From contig CAZETU010000001.1 of NCBI GenBank assembly GCA_964514585.1, positions 120,901 through 144,900 of the forward strand: DNA of 24,000 nt, in the 5' to 3' direction. A program made the translations under genes and the position numbers. Origin of the DNA: Candidatus Woesearchaeota archaeon (GTDB lineage: Archaea; Nanobdellota; Nanobdellia; Pacearchaeales; GW2011-AR1). Below, in pieces: positions 1-6,115 of the stretch (its first letter is position 1; every line of letters starts with the position of its first letter). The notes under the pieces are model-generated. The model saw only the letters and a program-made list of their open reading frames with translations, searched no databases and was not told where the DNA came from.

Positions 1-278
1 GAATATTTTTTGCCTTCGGTCTCACCTAAATCACACTCTCGAAGTTCATCAACATAATTAACCAAAATCCCAGGATAATGTTTGACTATCTCATCGACAG
101 TCTCCCTCGCTCTAACAAAAGGACTGGAATAAATAACATTAATATTTTCTTCCTTCAGTTGCAATCCAAGTTTCTTTGCCTGAATAATTCCCTCTCTTGA
201 CAACTTGCCTTCGCGACCTTCCATTGTTTCAGCCTCATTCCCCTCGCTCTTAGCATGTCGAACTAAAATTAATTTCAT
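1..278 (-). CDS. Histidine phosphatase family protein (phosphoglycerate-mutase-like), N-terminal part; gene runs off the left edge
   Basis: Absent from the ORF track because the window edge truncates it. My reverse-complement translation from the ATG (plus 'cat' 276-278) reads MKLILVRHAKSEGNEAETMEGREGKLSREGIIQAKKLGLQLKEENINVIYSSPFVRARETVDEIV... This carries the LVRHxxS catalytic-His motif and the SSPxxRAxxT motif typical of the family. Confidence 0.65.
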   Translation of the reverse strand, partial: MKLILVRHAKSEGNEAETMEGREGKLSREGIIQAKKLGLQLKEENINVIYSSPFVRARETVDEIVKHYPGILVNYVDELRECDLGETEGKKY

Positions 279-308
279 ACAAGAGAAAGTAGTCCACAAT
301 TGATAAAC

Positions 309-1520
309 TTATTCATACCTTAAAGCATCAACAGCATTAATCTTACTAGCTCTCCACGCAGGAAGCATACCCGAAATCGCCCCAGTCAATGTAGCAAATA
401 CAACCAATCCTGCAAATAAAACCCAAGAATAATGAGGAGTAAGAAATCCATATCCAAGATTATCCAAAATTTCCGCACCAATATCCGTAGCAAGCCATCC
501 AATCAAAACTCCAATTACCCCAGCCACAAATCCAAGGAACCCAGACTCAAATAAAAATATTTTAAAAATCTCAGCATTCCGAGCACCAATAGACTTCAAA
601 ACCCCAATCTCCTTAAATCTCTCAAGCACCGACGTAATCATCGTATTAGCAGTATTAACCGCCGACACAATAACCGAAATAAAAGCAATCAAAATAATAA
701 AACCAATAATAATATCCAAAACAACAGTAAACGATTCCAGCAAATCAGCATAAGACTGAACACTAAAATCCTCCTTACCTTCATCTAATCCCCGATGTTG
801 CCGCAACTTTTTCTCGACCCTCTCAGCAACTTCATTAACATTATTTTTATCAGCCCTCGCAATAATCATTCCATAAGAAAGATCTTTTTCAGGATAAAGT
901 TCAATCATGAAATCGTTTGTAACATAGATATTAGCATCATCTTGTGGATTCCCAACGGACTCATAAAATCCAACAATCCTCAAATCCTGTCCCTGAATAT
1001 TAATCTTGCTATTAAGAGAATAAGCCTTGGGGAAAATCTTATTCTTAATCATATAATTGTAACCCAAAGTAACCTTCCCAGAGTCTCCTAATCGAAGCTT
1101 CCTCCCCTCAATAATATCAACATTAGAAAGTTCCATAATCAGAGGAATCTTAGGGTCATAACCTATAACAAAAGCATACTTCTTAGAATCATCCTGAATA
1201 ATTTCTCCAGCTCCCATATACGACCCCGTCACCTCGTAAATCCCAGGCGTTCTCCCAATCACATCTATATCATCATCCAAAAGTTTAAACGTTGTATCAA
1301 GACCAGGCACGCCACTCCCCTTAGGTTGAATCAATAACTTATCTGCCGATGACGAAGAAGTAAACTCATCAATATATTCATAAAGCCCCCAGCCAAAACT
1401 AACAAAAATAAAAATCGTAGCAATCCCCACAAAAATCGACAAAATCGTAAGAACACTCCTTGCCTTACTTTGCTTAATATTATTCAGCGAATATTTGACA
1501 CTCTCTTTACTGATTACCAT
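309..1520 (-). CDS. ABC transporter permease, MacB/FtsX type (permease 1)
   Basis: 403-aa ORF. It has an N-terminal TM helix, a large extracytoplasmic domain and a C-terminal FtsX-like 3-TM bundle (…VLERFKEIGVLKSIGARN…). Its start overlaps the GNAT stop by 1 nt. Confidence 0.85.
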   Translation of the reverse strand: MVISKESVKYSLNNIKQSKARSVLTILSIFVGIATIFIFVSFGWGLYEYIDEFTSSSSADKLLIQPKGSGVPGLDTTFKLLDDDIDVIGRTPGIYEVTGSYMGAGEIIQDDSKKYAFVIGYDPKIPLIMELSNVDIIEGRKLRLGDSGKVTLGYNYMIKNKIFPKAYSLNSKINIQGQDLRIVGFYESVGNPQDDANIYVTNDFMIELYPEKDLSYGMIIARADKNNVNEVAERVEKKLRQHRGLDEGKEDFSVQSYADLLESFTVVLDIIIGFIILIAFISVIVSAVNTANTMITSVLERFKEIGVLKSIGARNAEIFKIFLFESGFLGFVAGVIGVLIGWLATDIGAEILDNLGYGFLTPHYSWVLFAGLVVFATLTGAISGMLPAWRASKINAVDALRYE

Positions 1521-1942
1521 TATAATTTTTTAGAAAGTATAACCTCTTTAGGGGCTACCTTATAATTTAATTTTTTATAAAATTTAAACGCACCAGCTTT
1601 TCTACTTGTCATAACACTAATGGTTTTAATTCCTTCTTCAAGAGATTCTTCTTCTACAAATTTCAAGAGACTTTTACCAAAACCTTTTCTCTGATATTCT
1701 TCCTTTATCCAAAACTCATCAAGATAAATTTCTTTTTTCCCTTCTCCCGCTGTAGAAAGAAATCCAGCTATTTTTTTATCAATAATTGCTACATAGATAA
1801 TTCCTTTTGTGAACATGTCGCTTATTCTTTTATTTGCTGTTTGAAAATCATATCCCTGAGAAAACGGTTTTTTTGCGGATTCTGTTAAAAATAGTTCGGA
1901 AATTTCCTTCAATTCTCTTCTTTTCGCCTTTCTAATTTTCAT
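1520..1942 (-). CDS. GNAT family N-acetyltransferase
   Basis: 140-aa ORF with the acetyl-CoA motif A (YQRKGFGKSLL). It overlaps both neighbouring permease genes (ATGA overlap at 1939-1942). Confidence 0.8.
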   Translation of the reverse strand: MKIRKAKRRELKEISELFLTESAKKPFSQGYDFQTANKRISDMFTKGIIYVAIIDKKIAGFLSTAGEGKKEIYLDEFWIKEEYQRKGFGKSLLKFVEEESLEEGIKTISVMTSRKAGAFKFYKKLNYKVAPKEVILSKKL

Positions 1943-3156
1943 CCCCTCAACGCCTCCACCGGATTTTGTTTAGCCGCACTCATCGCAGGAACAATCCCCG
2001 CAATAGCCCCAATCATAAAACTTCCAAACAATGCCATTCCAATTAACATAAAATCAACAACGGGCGTCATGTCAGAACCAAGAAAGCTATTAATCCCAGC
2101 AACGCCAGCAACACTAATCAACGTCCCAAGAACAGCCCCGACCAAACCACCAATAAGCCCAAGTAAGCCAGATTCAAAAAAGAACTGCATAAAAATTTGC
2201 CAATTAGTCCCACCAATAGCTTTCATAATCCCAATCTCTTTTTTCCTCTCTAGAACCGAAGTCGTCATCGTATTAACAATCCCCAACGCACCAACCAAAA
2301 TTGAAATCGAAGCAATAATTATAATAAAAGCCTGAACGCCACCAAGAATACTATTCACCGTTTCCATCGTCGCCTCTGGAGTCGAAACCTCGAAATCCTC
2401 TTCTCCTTCATCAACATCCCTTCTCTTTCTTAATAGCTTCGCAATATCCTCAGCCGCACGGTCCATCAAATCTGGATCCTTAATGTGAGCAACTATTACA
2501 TCAACATCATCACCAGTATCAAATAAATCTTCCAAAGCAACTTGATCCATCAAAACAATACTATCCCAAACAAAACTCCCCTTCTTTTTCAATATCCCCA
2601 CAACCCTAAAACTTTTATCTTGAACTAACACATTATCTCCCAAAACGACTTCCTTTTCAAGACCAACCTTGTCAACAAAAAAATTAGCTCCCAAAACAAC
2701 CTTATTGGAATCTGAACCACCAAGCATCCTTCCTTTATCAATTTCAAGATCATTAACTTCATACATAAAATCAGCATCATCCCCACGAGGAACATTCGAA
2801 GCAAACCCAAAAATAACCCTATCATTAAATTCCAACTTGCCCGTTTGAATATATCGAGGCAAAACCCTGTTCACAGAACCAATATTCTCTATCGCTCGAG
2901 CATCATCTTTAGTCAAAGAATTCACAACACCACTTCCTGGCGGGCCATAAGCATTAAGTCCCCCAGCCTGAACCGTAATTATTTCCGTAGAACTAATCCC
3001 AAATTGAGCACTAACCGCCGCCTGTAACCCATTCCCAAGACCAATCAAAGCAACAACAGCAGTCACCCCAATAAAAATACCAAGTAAAGTCAACCACGAC
3101 CGAATCCCACGATGCCGTAAATTTTTCAAAGCAAGAATCAAATAATCAAGATTCAT
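1939..3156 (-). CDS. ABC transporter permease, MacB/FtsX type (permease 2)
   Basis: 405-aa ORF with the same architecture as 309-1520 (…VLERKKEIGIMKAIGGTN…). Its start overlaps the ATPase stop by 1 nt. Confidence 0.85.
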   Translation of the reverse strand: MNLDYLILALKNLRHRGIRSWLTLLGIFIGVTAVVALIGLGNGLQAAVSAQFGISSTEIITVQAGGLNAYGPPGSGVVNSLTKDDARAIENIGSVNRVLPRYIQTGKLEFNDRVIFGFASNVPRGDDADFMYEVNDLEIDKGRMLGGSDSNKVVLGANFFVDKVGLEKEVVLGDNVLVQDKSFRVVGILKKKGSFVWDSIVLMDQVALEDLFDTGDDVDVIVAHIKDPDLMDRAAEDIAKLLRKRRDVDEGEEDFEVSTPEATMETVNSILGGVQAFIIIIASISILVGALGIVNTMTTSVLERKKEIGIMKAIGGTNWQIFMQFFFESGLLGLIGGLVGAVLGTLISVAGVAGINSFLGSDMTPVVDFMLIGMALFGSFMIGAIAGIVPAMSAAKQNPVEALRG

Positions 3157-3977
3157 TATTTCACTCCGTTAGATTTGCCCGACTTGATTGGAACTTTAGT
3201 TCCCTTTTTTGAGGGTACACCATTGAGCGCAGCTTCTTTCTTCTTCTTCTTAGTAACATCAATAAACCTAGACCCAACCCTCTTCGTAACTTTCTCCAAC
3301 TTCCCATCTAACAACCAATAAACAACATCAGCATACTCCTCAGCCAAATCCGGATCATGAGTAACCATAATAATCGTCTTCCCCTGCTTGTTCAACTTCT
3401 CCAAAAAATGCATAACAATATCCCCAGTCTTAGTATCCAAATTCCCAGTCGGCTCATCAGCAAGAATCACTTCGGGATCATTCGCCAAACTCCGCGCAAT
3501 CGCAACTCTCTGCATCTGCCCCCCAGAAATCTCTCCAGGATAATGATCCATCCTATCATGCAACTCAACCAACTTCAACAACTCCTCAGCCCGCCCAGCC
3601 CGCTCCTCAACACTCGTCCCCTGAAACATCATCGGCAACATCACATTCTCTTTCACCGTCAAATTCGGAATCAAATTAAACGATTGAAAAATAAACCCAA
3701 TCTTCTTCCCCCGAATCTGCGCCAAATCAGACTCACTCAACTCACTAATATCAGCATCATCTAAATAAATCGTCCCAAACGTCGGCATATCCAAACTCCC
3801 AACTAAATTCATCGCCGTCGATTTCCCAGAACCAGAAGGTCCCATAATAGCAACAAACTCTCCCTCATAAACTTTAAACTCCAAATGACTAAGCGCCTTC
3901 ACAACAGAGTCCCCCATGGGGTAATGCTTCGAAACATTCCTCAATCTAATAAACTCTTTCTTTACCTCTTTCGCCAT
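3156..3977 (-). CDS. ABC transporter ATP-binding protein (MacB/LolD-like) with Lys-rich C-terminal tail
   Basis: Walker [10 protein letters not shown], signature [13 protein letters not shown] and Walker B ILADEPT are all present. The ORF track starts at a TTG (3992). I prefer the ATG at 3977 ([15 protein letters not shown]…). Confidence 0.9.
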   Translation of the reverse strand: MAKEVKKEFIRLRNVSKHYPMGDSVVKALSHLEFKVYEGEFVAIMGPSGSGKSTAMNLVGSLDMPTFGTIYLDDADISELSESDLAQIRGKKIGFIFQSFNLIPNLTVKENVMLPMMFQGTSVEERAGRAEELLKLVELHDRMDHYPGEISGGQMQRVAIARSLANDPEVILADEPTGNLDTKTGDIVMHFLEKLNKQGKTIIMVTHDPDLAEEYADVVYWLLDGKLEKVTKRVGSRFIDVTKKKKKEAALNGVPSKKGTKVPIKSGKSNGVK

Positions 3978-4027
3978 ACAGAAAATACACAAATATCATA
4001 TATAAATATAGTGATAGCAAAACTTAC

Positions 4028-4057
4028 ATTTCACCAGAAATACCTACTGGGTAAACC
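4028..4057. repeat. Copy D of the ACCA-apex hairpin repeat (atttc-acca-gaaat) followed by acctactgggtaaacc
   Basis: Perfect 5-bp stem at 4028-4032/4037-4041 with loop acca. The adjacent 16-mer at 4042-4057 matches 5662-5677 (tRNA-Arg trailer insert) at 15/16 positions. Confidence 0.6.
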
Positions 4058-4075
4058 AAAACAACATGCGTTTAG

Positions 4076-4101
4076 AAAACTTGTAACACAAGTTTTATAA
4101 A
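4076..4101 (+). promoter_or_regulatory. 8-bp perfect inverted repeat overlapping the rpoN TATA box
   Basis: The arms are aaaacttg (4076-4083) and caagtttt (4089-4096). The second arm runs into ttttataaa (4093-4101), which is centred about 26 nt upstream of the rpoN ATG. That spacing fits a leaderless archaeal promoter. Confidence 0.4.
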
Positions 4102-4122
4102 CCAAAATTTCGCTACTTCAAT

Positions 4123-4320
4123 ATGATAATCCCAATAAGATGTTTTAGTTGCGGAAAACCAATCGCACACTTATATCCAAAATACAAAGAAATGGTCGAA
4201 TCAGGCAAGACCCAAAAAGAAGCACTAGACGAGTTAGGCATCAAACGATACTGCTGCAGAGCACAAATTCTAGGACAAACAGACACATTAGAATTGATTA
4301 ATAAATTCAAAAAGTTTTAA
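4123..4320 (+). CDS. rpoN: DNA-directed RNA polymerase subunit N (Rpo10)
   Basis: The 65-aa product MIIPIRCFSCGKPIA…LGIKRYCCRAQIL has the characteristic zinc-binding CxxC…CC pattern and the length of archaeal RpoN / eukaryotic RPB10. Confidence 0.9.
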   Translation: MIIPIRCFSCGKPIAHLYPKYKEMVESGKTQKEALDELGIKRYCCRAQILGQTDTLELINKFKKF

Positions 4321-4340
4321 TTATTTTTTTAAATTTTATC

Positions 4341-4790
4341 ATGGGAAATATAAAAGTTATCTCTTGGGATGTATACGGAACTTTAATAGCAACACATTAT
4401 GATAAATCCACAGATTGCGGGGACATCCCATTAAAACTTAGACCAAGCGCATTAGAAATTCTAACAGAAATAAAATCAAGACAAATCATTCAATGCACAT
4501 GCTCAGATGGCCACTTGGAAAATCTAAAAAACAATTTAAGAGAAGCAGGAATAAATTGGACAGATTTCTTCGACGATTTATACAAAATGGAACCATTCCA
4601 ACAAAAGGATTTCTCTTACATAATAGAAAATTATAATATTAGACCAGAAAACCTCTTAGTTGTCGGAGACAATTATGATATAGATATCTCTTTAGCAAAA
4701 AGACAAGGTTGCAAAACTTTACACGTCCCAGAAAAAGAAGAGTTCAAAAAGAATCCATTAGACACATCAAAAATACTAGAATTATTATAA
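4341..4790 (+). CDS. HAD superfamily hydrolase (DxYGT subtype)
   Basis: Motif I WDVYGTL, motif II CTCSDG and motif IV VVGDNYDIDI are present. 149 aa. Confidence 0.65.
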   Translation: MGNIKVISWDVYGTLIATHYDKSTDCGDIPLKLRPSALEILTEIKSRQIIQCTCSDGHLENLKNNLREAGINWTDFFDDLYKMEPFQQKDFSYIIENYNIRPENLLVVGDNYDIDISLAKRQGCKTLHVPEKEEFKKNPLDTSKILELL

Positions 4791-4871
4791 ATAGACAGTT
4801 CCGCGTGTTCCCACCAAAGACAGTATGGACACATTAGAACTAGTTAACAAATTCAAAAAATTCTAATTATT
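4789..4871. repeat. Chimeric duplicate: a fragment of the 5S rRNA 3' end fused to a fragment of the rpoN 3' end
   Basis: By my hand alignment, 4789-4832 matches 5442-5485 at 38/44 positions (3' terminus of the 5S gene, minus strand). 4828-4871 matches 4282-4325 at 38/44 positions (last 12 rpoN codons, stop and ttatt). The join is at gacac, which both parents share. Confidence 0.75.
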
Positions 4872-4872
4872 A

Positions 4873-5301
4873 TTAATGCCAGTCATAAAAACCACTACTT
4901 ATAACTTTACTAACAAGATGACGCCTAAGCTCACAATCAGGCATTTGCTCAACCTCTCCATCTCTTATCTGAATGGGCCAACACTGCATTTTTCCTCTTG
5001 CATAATAATCAGGTGATTCTCTTAGATGTTTTTTCGCATCTTCAGGAGACTTACCAAGACAGAAAGCAGATTCATTACATACATAACATTTATCAGGATT
5101 CCCAAAATCATGACGTCTCCTTATGGGAACTTTATAAAGATTCAACTTTTTATTATCTTTTTCGAAATCAAATTCTCCAATCAATAATCCCAGTATTCCC
5201 AGTCCGGCTATTCTATTAAATTGTCTTCTATTCAACATTAAATTAACAAGTGAACCAAGTTTATAATAATTATTGAGATAGATTATTATTAAATTTTTCA
5301 A
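4873..5301 (-). CDS. Hypothetical small Cys-containing protein with a twin-arginine (Tat)-like signal
   Basis: 142-aa ORF. The internal Met22 (start at 5238) gives MLNRRQFNRIAGLGILGLLIG, i.e. an RRxF motif plus a hydrophobic region. The mature part contains CYVC and three more Cys. I recognise no family. Confidence 0.5.
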   Translation of the reverse strand: MKNLIIIYLNNYYKLGSLVNLMLNRRQFNRIAGLGILGLLIGEFDFEKDNKKLNLYKVPIRRRHDFGNPDKCYVCNESAFCLGKSPEDAKKHLRESPDYYARGKMQCWPIQIRDGEVEQMPDCELRRHLVSKVISSGFYDWH

Positions 5302-5388
5302 ATTTTTTCTTTATTCTAATTAATCAGCCGAATAAAGTCAAAAGAAATCAAATTATCTGCGACAAAGTCGGTAAGTAATTTGGAACCT

Positions 5389-5439
5389 AAAATTCTGCAG
5401 AATTTTCCCAATGATTTTTTCACCAGAAAAAATGTTAAT
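5389..5439. repeat. Double-hairpin intergenic repeat, copy A
   Basis: Hairpin 1 is aaaattc-tgca-gaatttt (5389-5406). Hairpin 2 is attttttc-acca-gaaaaaat (5414-5433), a perfect 8-bp stem. 35/48 positions are identical to copy B (6119-6166). Confidence 0.7.
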
Positions 5440-5445
5440 AAAAAT
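5440..5445 (-). terminator. Oligo-T (T5) run directly after the 5S rRNA 3' end
   Basis: The minus strand reads …GAGCTGTCTATTTTTATTAAC. Archaeal RNA polymerase terminates at oligo-T tracts. Confidence 0.4.
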
Positions 5446-5552
5446 AGACAGCTCCGTGCGTTCCCATCAAAGACAGTACAGACACGAACATAACAAGCTT
5501 AACTTCTGAGTTCGGAACGGGATCAGGTGTAACCAAGTTATTATGGCCGTCT
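5446..5552 (-). rRNA. 5S ribosomal RNA (orphan, roughly 107 nt, ends approximate)
   Basis: The reverse complement reads AGACGGCCATAATAACTTGGTTACACCTGATCCCGTTCCGAACTCAGAAGTTAAGC…GATGGGAACGCACGGAGCTGTCT. This contains the universal 5S loop/helix motif CCGAACTCAGAAGTTAAGC, the GGGAAC box, and a terminal helix I (AGACGGC / GCTGTCT). Confidence 0.85.
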
Positions 5553-5570
5553 AACATTACATCAAAATTC

Positions 5571-5582
5571 CATTTTATAAAC
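5571..5582 (-). promoter_or_regulatory. TATA box for 5S rRNA
   Basis: The minus strand reads gTTTATAAAAtg, centred about 25 nt upstream of the 5S 5' end. Confidence 0.45.
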
Positions 5583-5592
5583 TTAACGATTC

Positions 5593-5598
5593 AAAAAA
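5593..5598 (-). terminator. Oligo-T (T6) after the distal tRNA-Arg 3'-end copy
   Basis: The minus strand reads …CAGGAGCGTTGAATTTTTTGA. This is the first T-run downstream of tRNA-Arg. Confidence 0.4.
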
Positions 5599-5620
5599 TT
5601 CAACGCTCCTGACAGGACTT
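5599..5620 (-). repeat. Exact 22-nt copy of the tRNA-Arg 3' end (no cloverleaf partner)
   Basis: ttcaacgctcctgacaggactt is identical to 5683-5704, at an offset of 84 nt. Confidence 0.9.
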
Positions 5621-5687
5621 CACTCACCAGAGGGATGTCAAATGGACGCGATCACCAGATCACCTACTGGGTGAACCTCAGGTTCAA

Positions 5688-5763
5688 CGCTCCTGACAGG
5701 ACTTGAACCTGCGACTTCTTCCTTAGGAGGGAAGCACTCTAATCCAAACTGAGCTACAGGAGC
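5688..5763 (-). tRNA. tRNA-Arg (anticodon CCT)
   Basis: The reverse complement folds as a cloverleaf: GCTCCTG TA GCTC AGTTTGGATTA GAGT G CTTCC CTCCTAA GGAAG AAGTC GCAGG TTCAAGT CCTGT CAGGAGC G. 76 nt, no encoded CCA. Confidence 0.9.
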
Positions 5764-5785
5764 ATAAAACAATCAACAGAAAACT

Positions 5786-5797
5786 CTTTTTAAAATT
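5786..5797 (-). promoter_or_regulatory. TATA box for tRNA-Arg
   Basis: The minus strand reads aaTTTTAAAAag, centred about 28 nt upstream of the tRNA 5' end. Confidence 0.4.
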
Positions 5798-5798
5798 A

Positions 5799-5815
5799 AT
5801 GAGGGAAGGAGGATT
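5799..5815 (-). repeat. Exact 17-nt copy of the tRNA-Leu 3' end
   Basis: atgagggaaggaggatt is identical to 5898-5914, at an offset of 99 nt. Confidence 0.9.
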
Positions 5816-5898
5816 AAAAGTCCTTTACGAACTTTTCAGCAAATCTTTGATTTGCGCTTCAAGCTTCTCCGAAGCGCCGGTCGTTCGAATCCGACACA

Positions 5899-5982
5899 TG
5901 AGGGAAGGAGGATTCGAACCCCCGTAAGCATAAAGCTAACAGATCTTGAGTCTGCCCCGTTTGACCACTCCGGCATTCCCTC
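5899..5982 (-). tRNA. tRNA-Leu (anticodon CAA), long variable arm
   Basis: The reverse complement folds as GAGGGAA TG CCG GAGTGGTCAAA CGG G GCAGA CTCAAGA TCTGT TAGCTTTATGCTTAC GGGGG TTCGAAT CCTCC TTCCCTC A. 84 nt. Confidence 0.9.
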
Positions 5983-6003
5983 ATAATATAACTCAATAAA
6001 TTC

Positions 6004-6013
6004 AATATAAAAA
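6004..6013 (-). promoter_or_regulatory. TATA box for tRNA-Leu
   Basis: The minus strand reads cTTTTTATATtg, centred about 26 nt upstream of the tRNA 5' end. Confidence 0.4.
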
Positions 6014-6050
6014 GTTATTGATAGTTTTCATGAGAAATTATGCGGCGAAG

Positions 6051-6083
6051 CCCATGATTTTTTATGAAATAAAAAATAGATAA
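6051..6083. repeat. Hairpin repeat copy C
   Basis: cccatg + attttttat-gaa-ataaaaaat (6057-6077), a perfect 9-bp stem. The lead-in cccatg parallels cccaatg in copy A and cctaacg in copy B. Confidence 0.55.
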
Positions 6084-6115
6084 TATCCGAAATTTATTTC
6101 CAGAAACTATCCCTA

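Noticed and set aside
795-3764. Plus-strand ORFs inside the ABC operon (795-1091, 2069-2335, 2845-3027, 3357-3764) and the minus-strand ORF 2625-2825
   Set aside because: They are antisense or out-of-frame shadows of well-supported transporter genes. Their products are low-complexity and Pro/Ser/Leu/Ile-rich, with no motifs.
4113-4310. 65-aa minus-strand ORF exactly antisense to rpoN
   Set aside because: It is a mirror ORF of a highly recognisable gene (RpoN zinc motif on the plus strand). Nothing supports it independently.
5636-5650. tgtcaaatggacgcg in the tRNA-Arg insert resembles tgtccacatggacgcg (9819-9834) at the integrase start. ctgacaggac also resembles ctggacaggac (9872-9882).
   Set aside because: The matches are short (an exact 9-mer core) and are expected by chance many times in 24 kb. 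They are suggestive of a link between the integrase and the tRNA-Arg scar but not supportable without statistics or more copies.
5599-5687. Possibility that the tRNA-Arg trailer encodes a second (split, permuted or intron-containing) tRNA that uses the duplicated 3' end
   Set aside because: There is no complementary 5' acceptor strand (GCTCCTG). I could build no D or anticodon arm and no convincing bulge-helix-bulge at the repeat boundaries. The same holds for the tRNA-Leu trailer, where gtcg-ttcgaatc-cgac gives only a 4-bp stem with an 8-nt loop.
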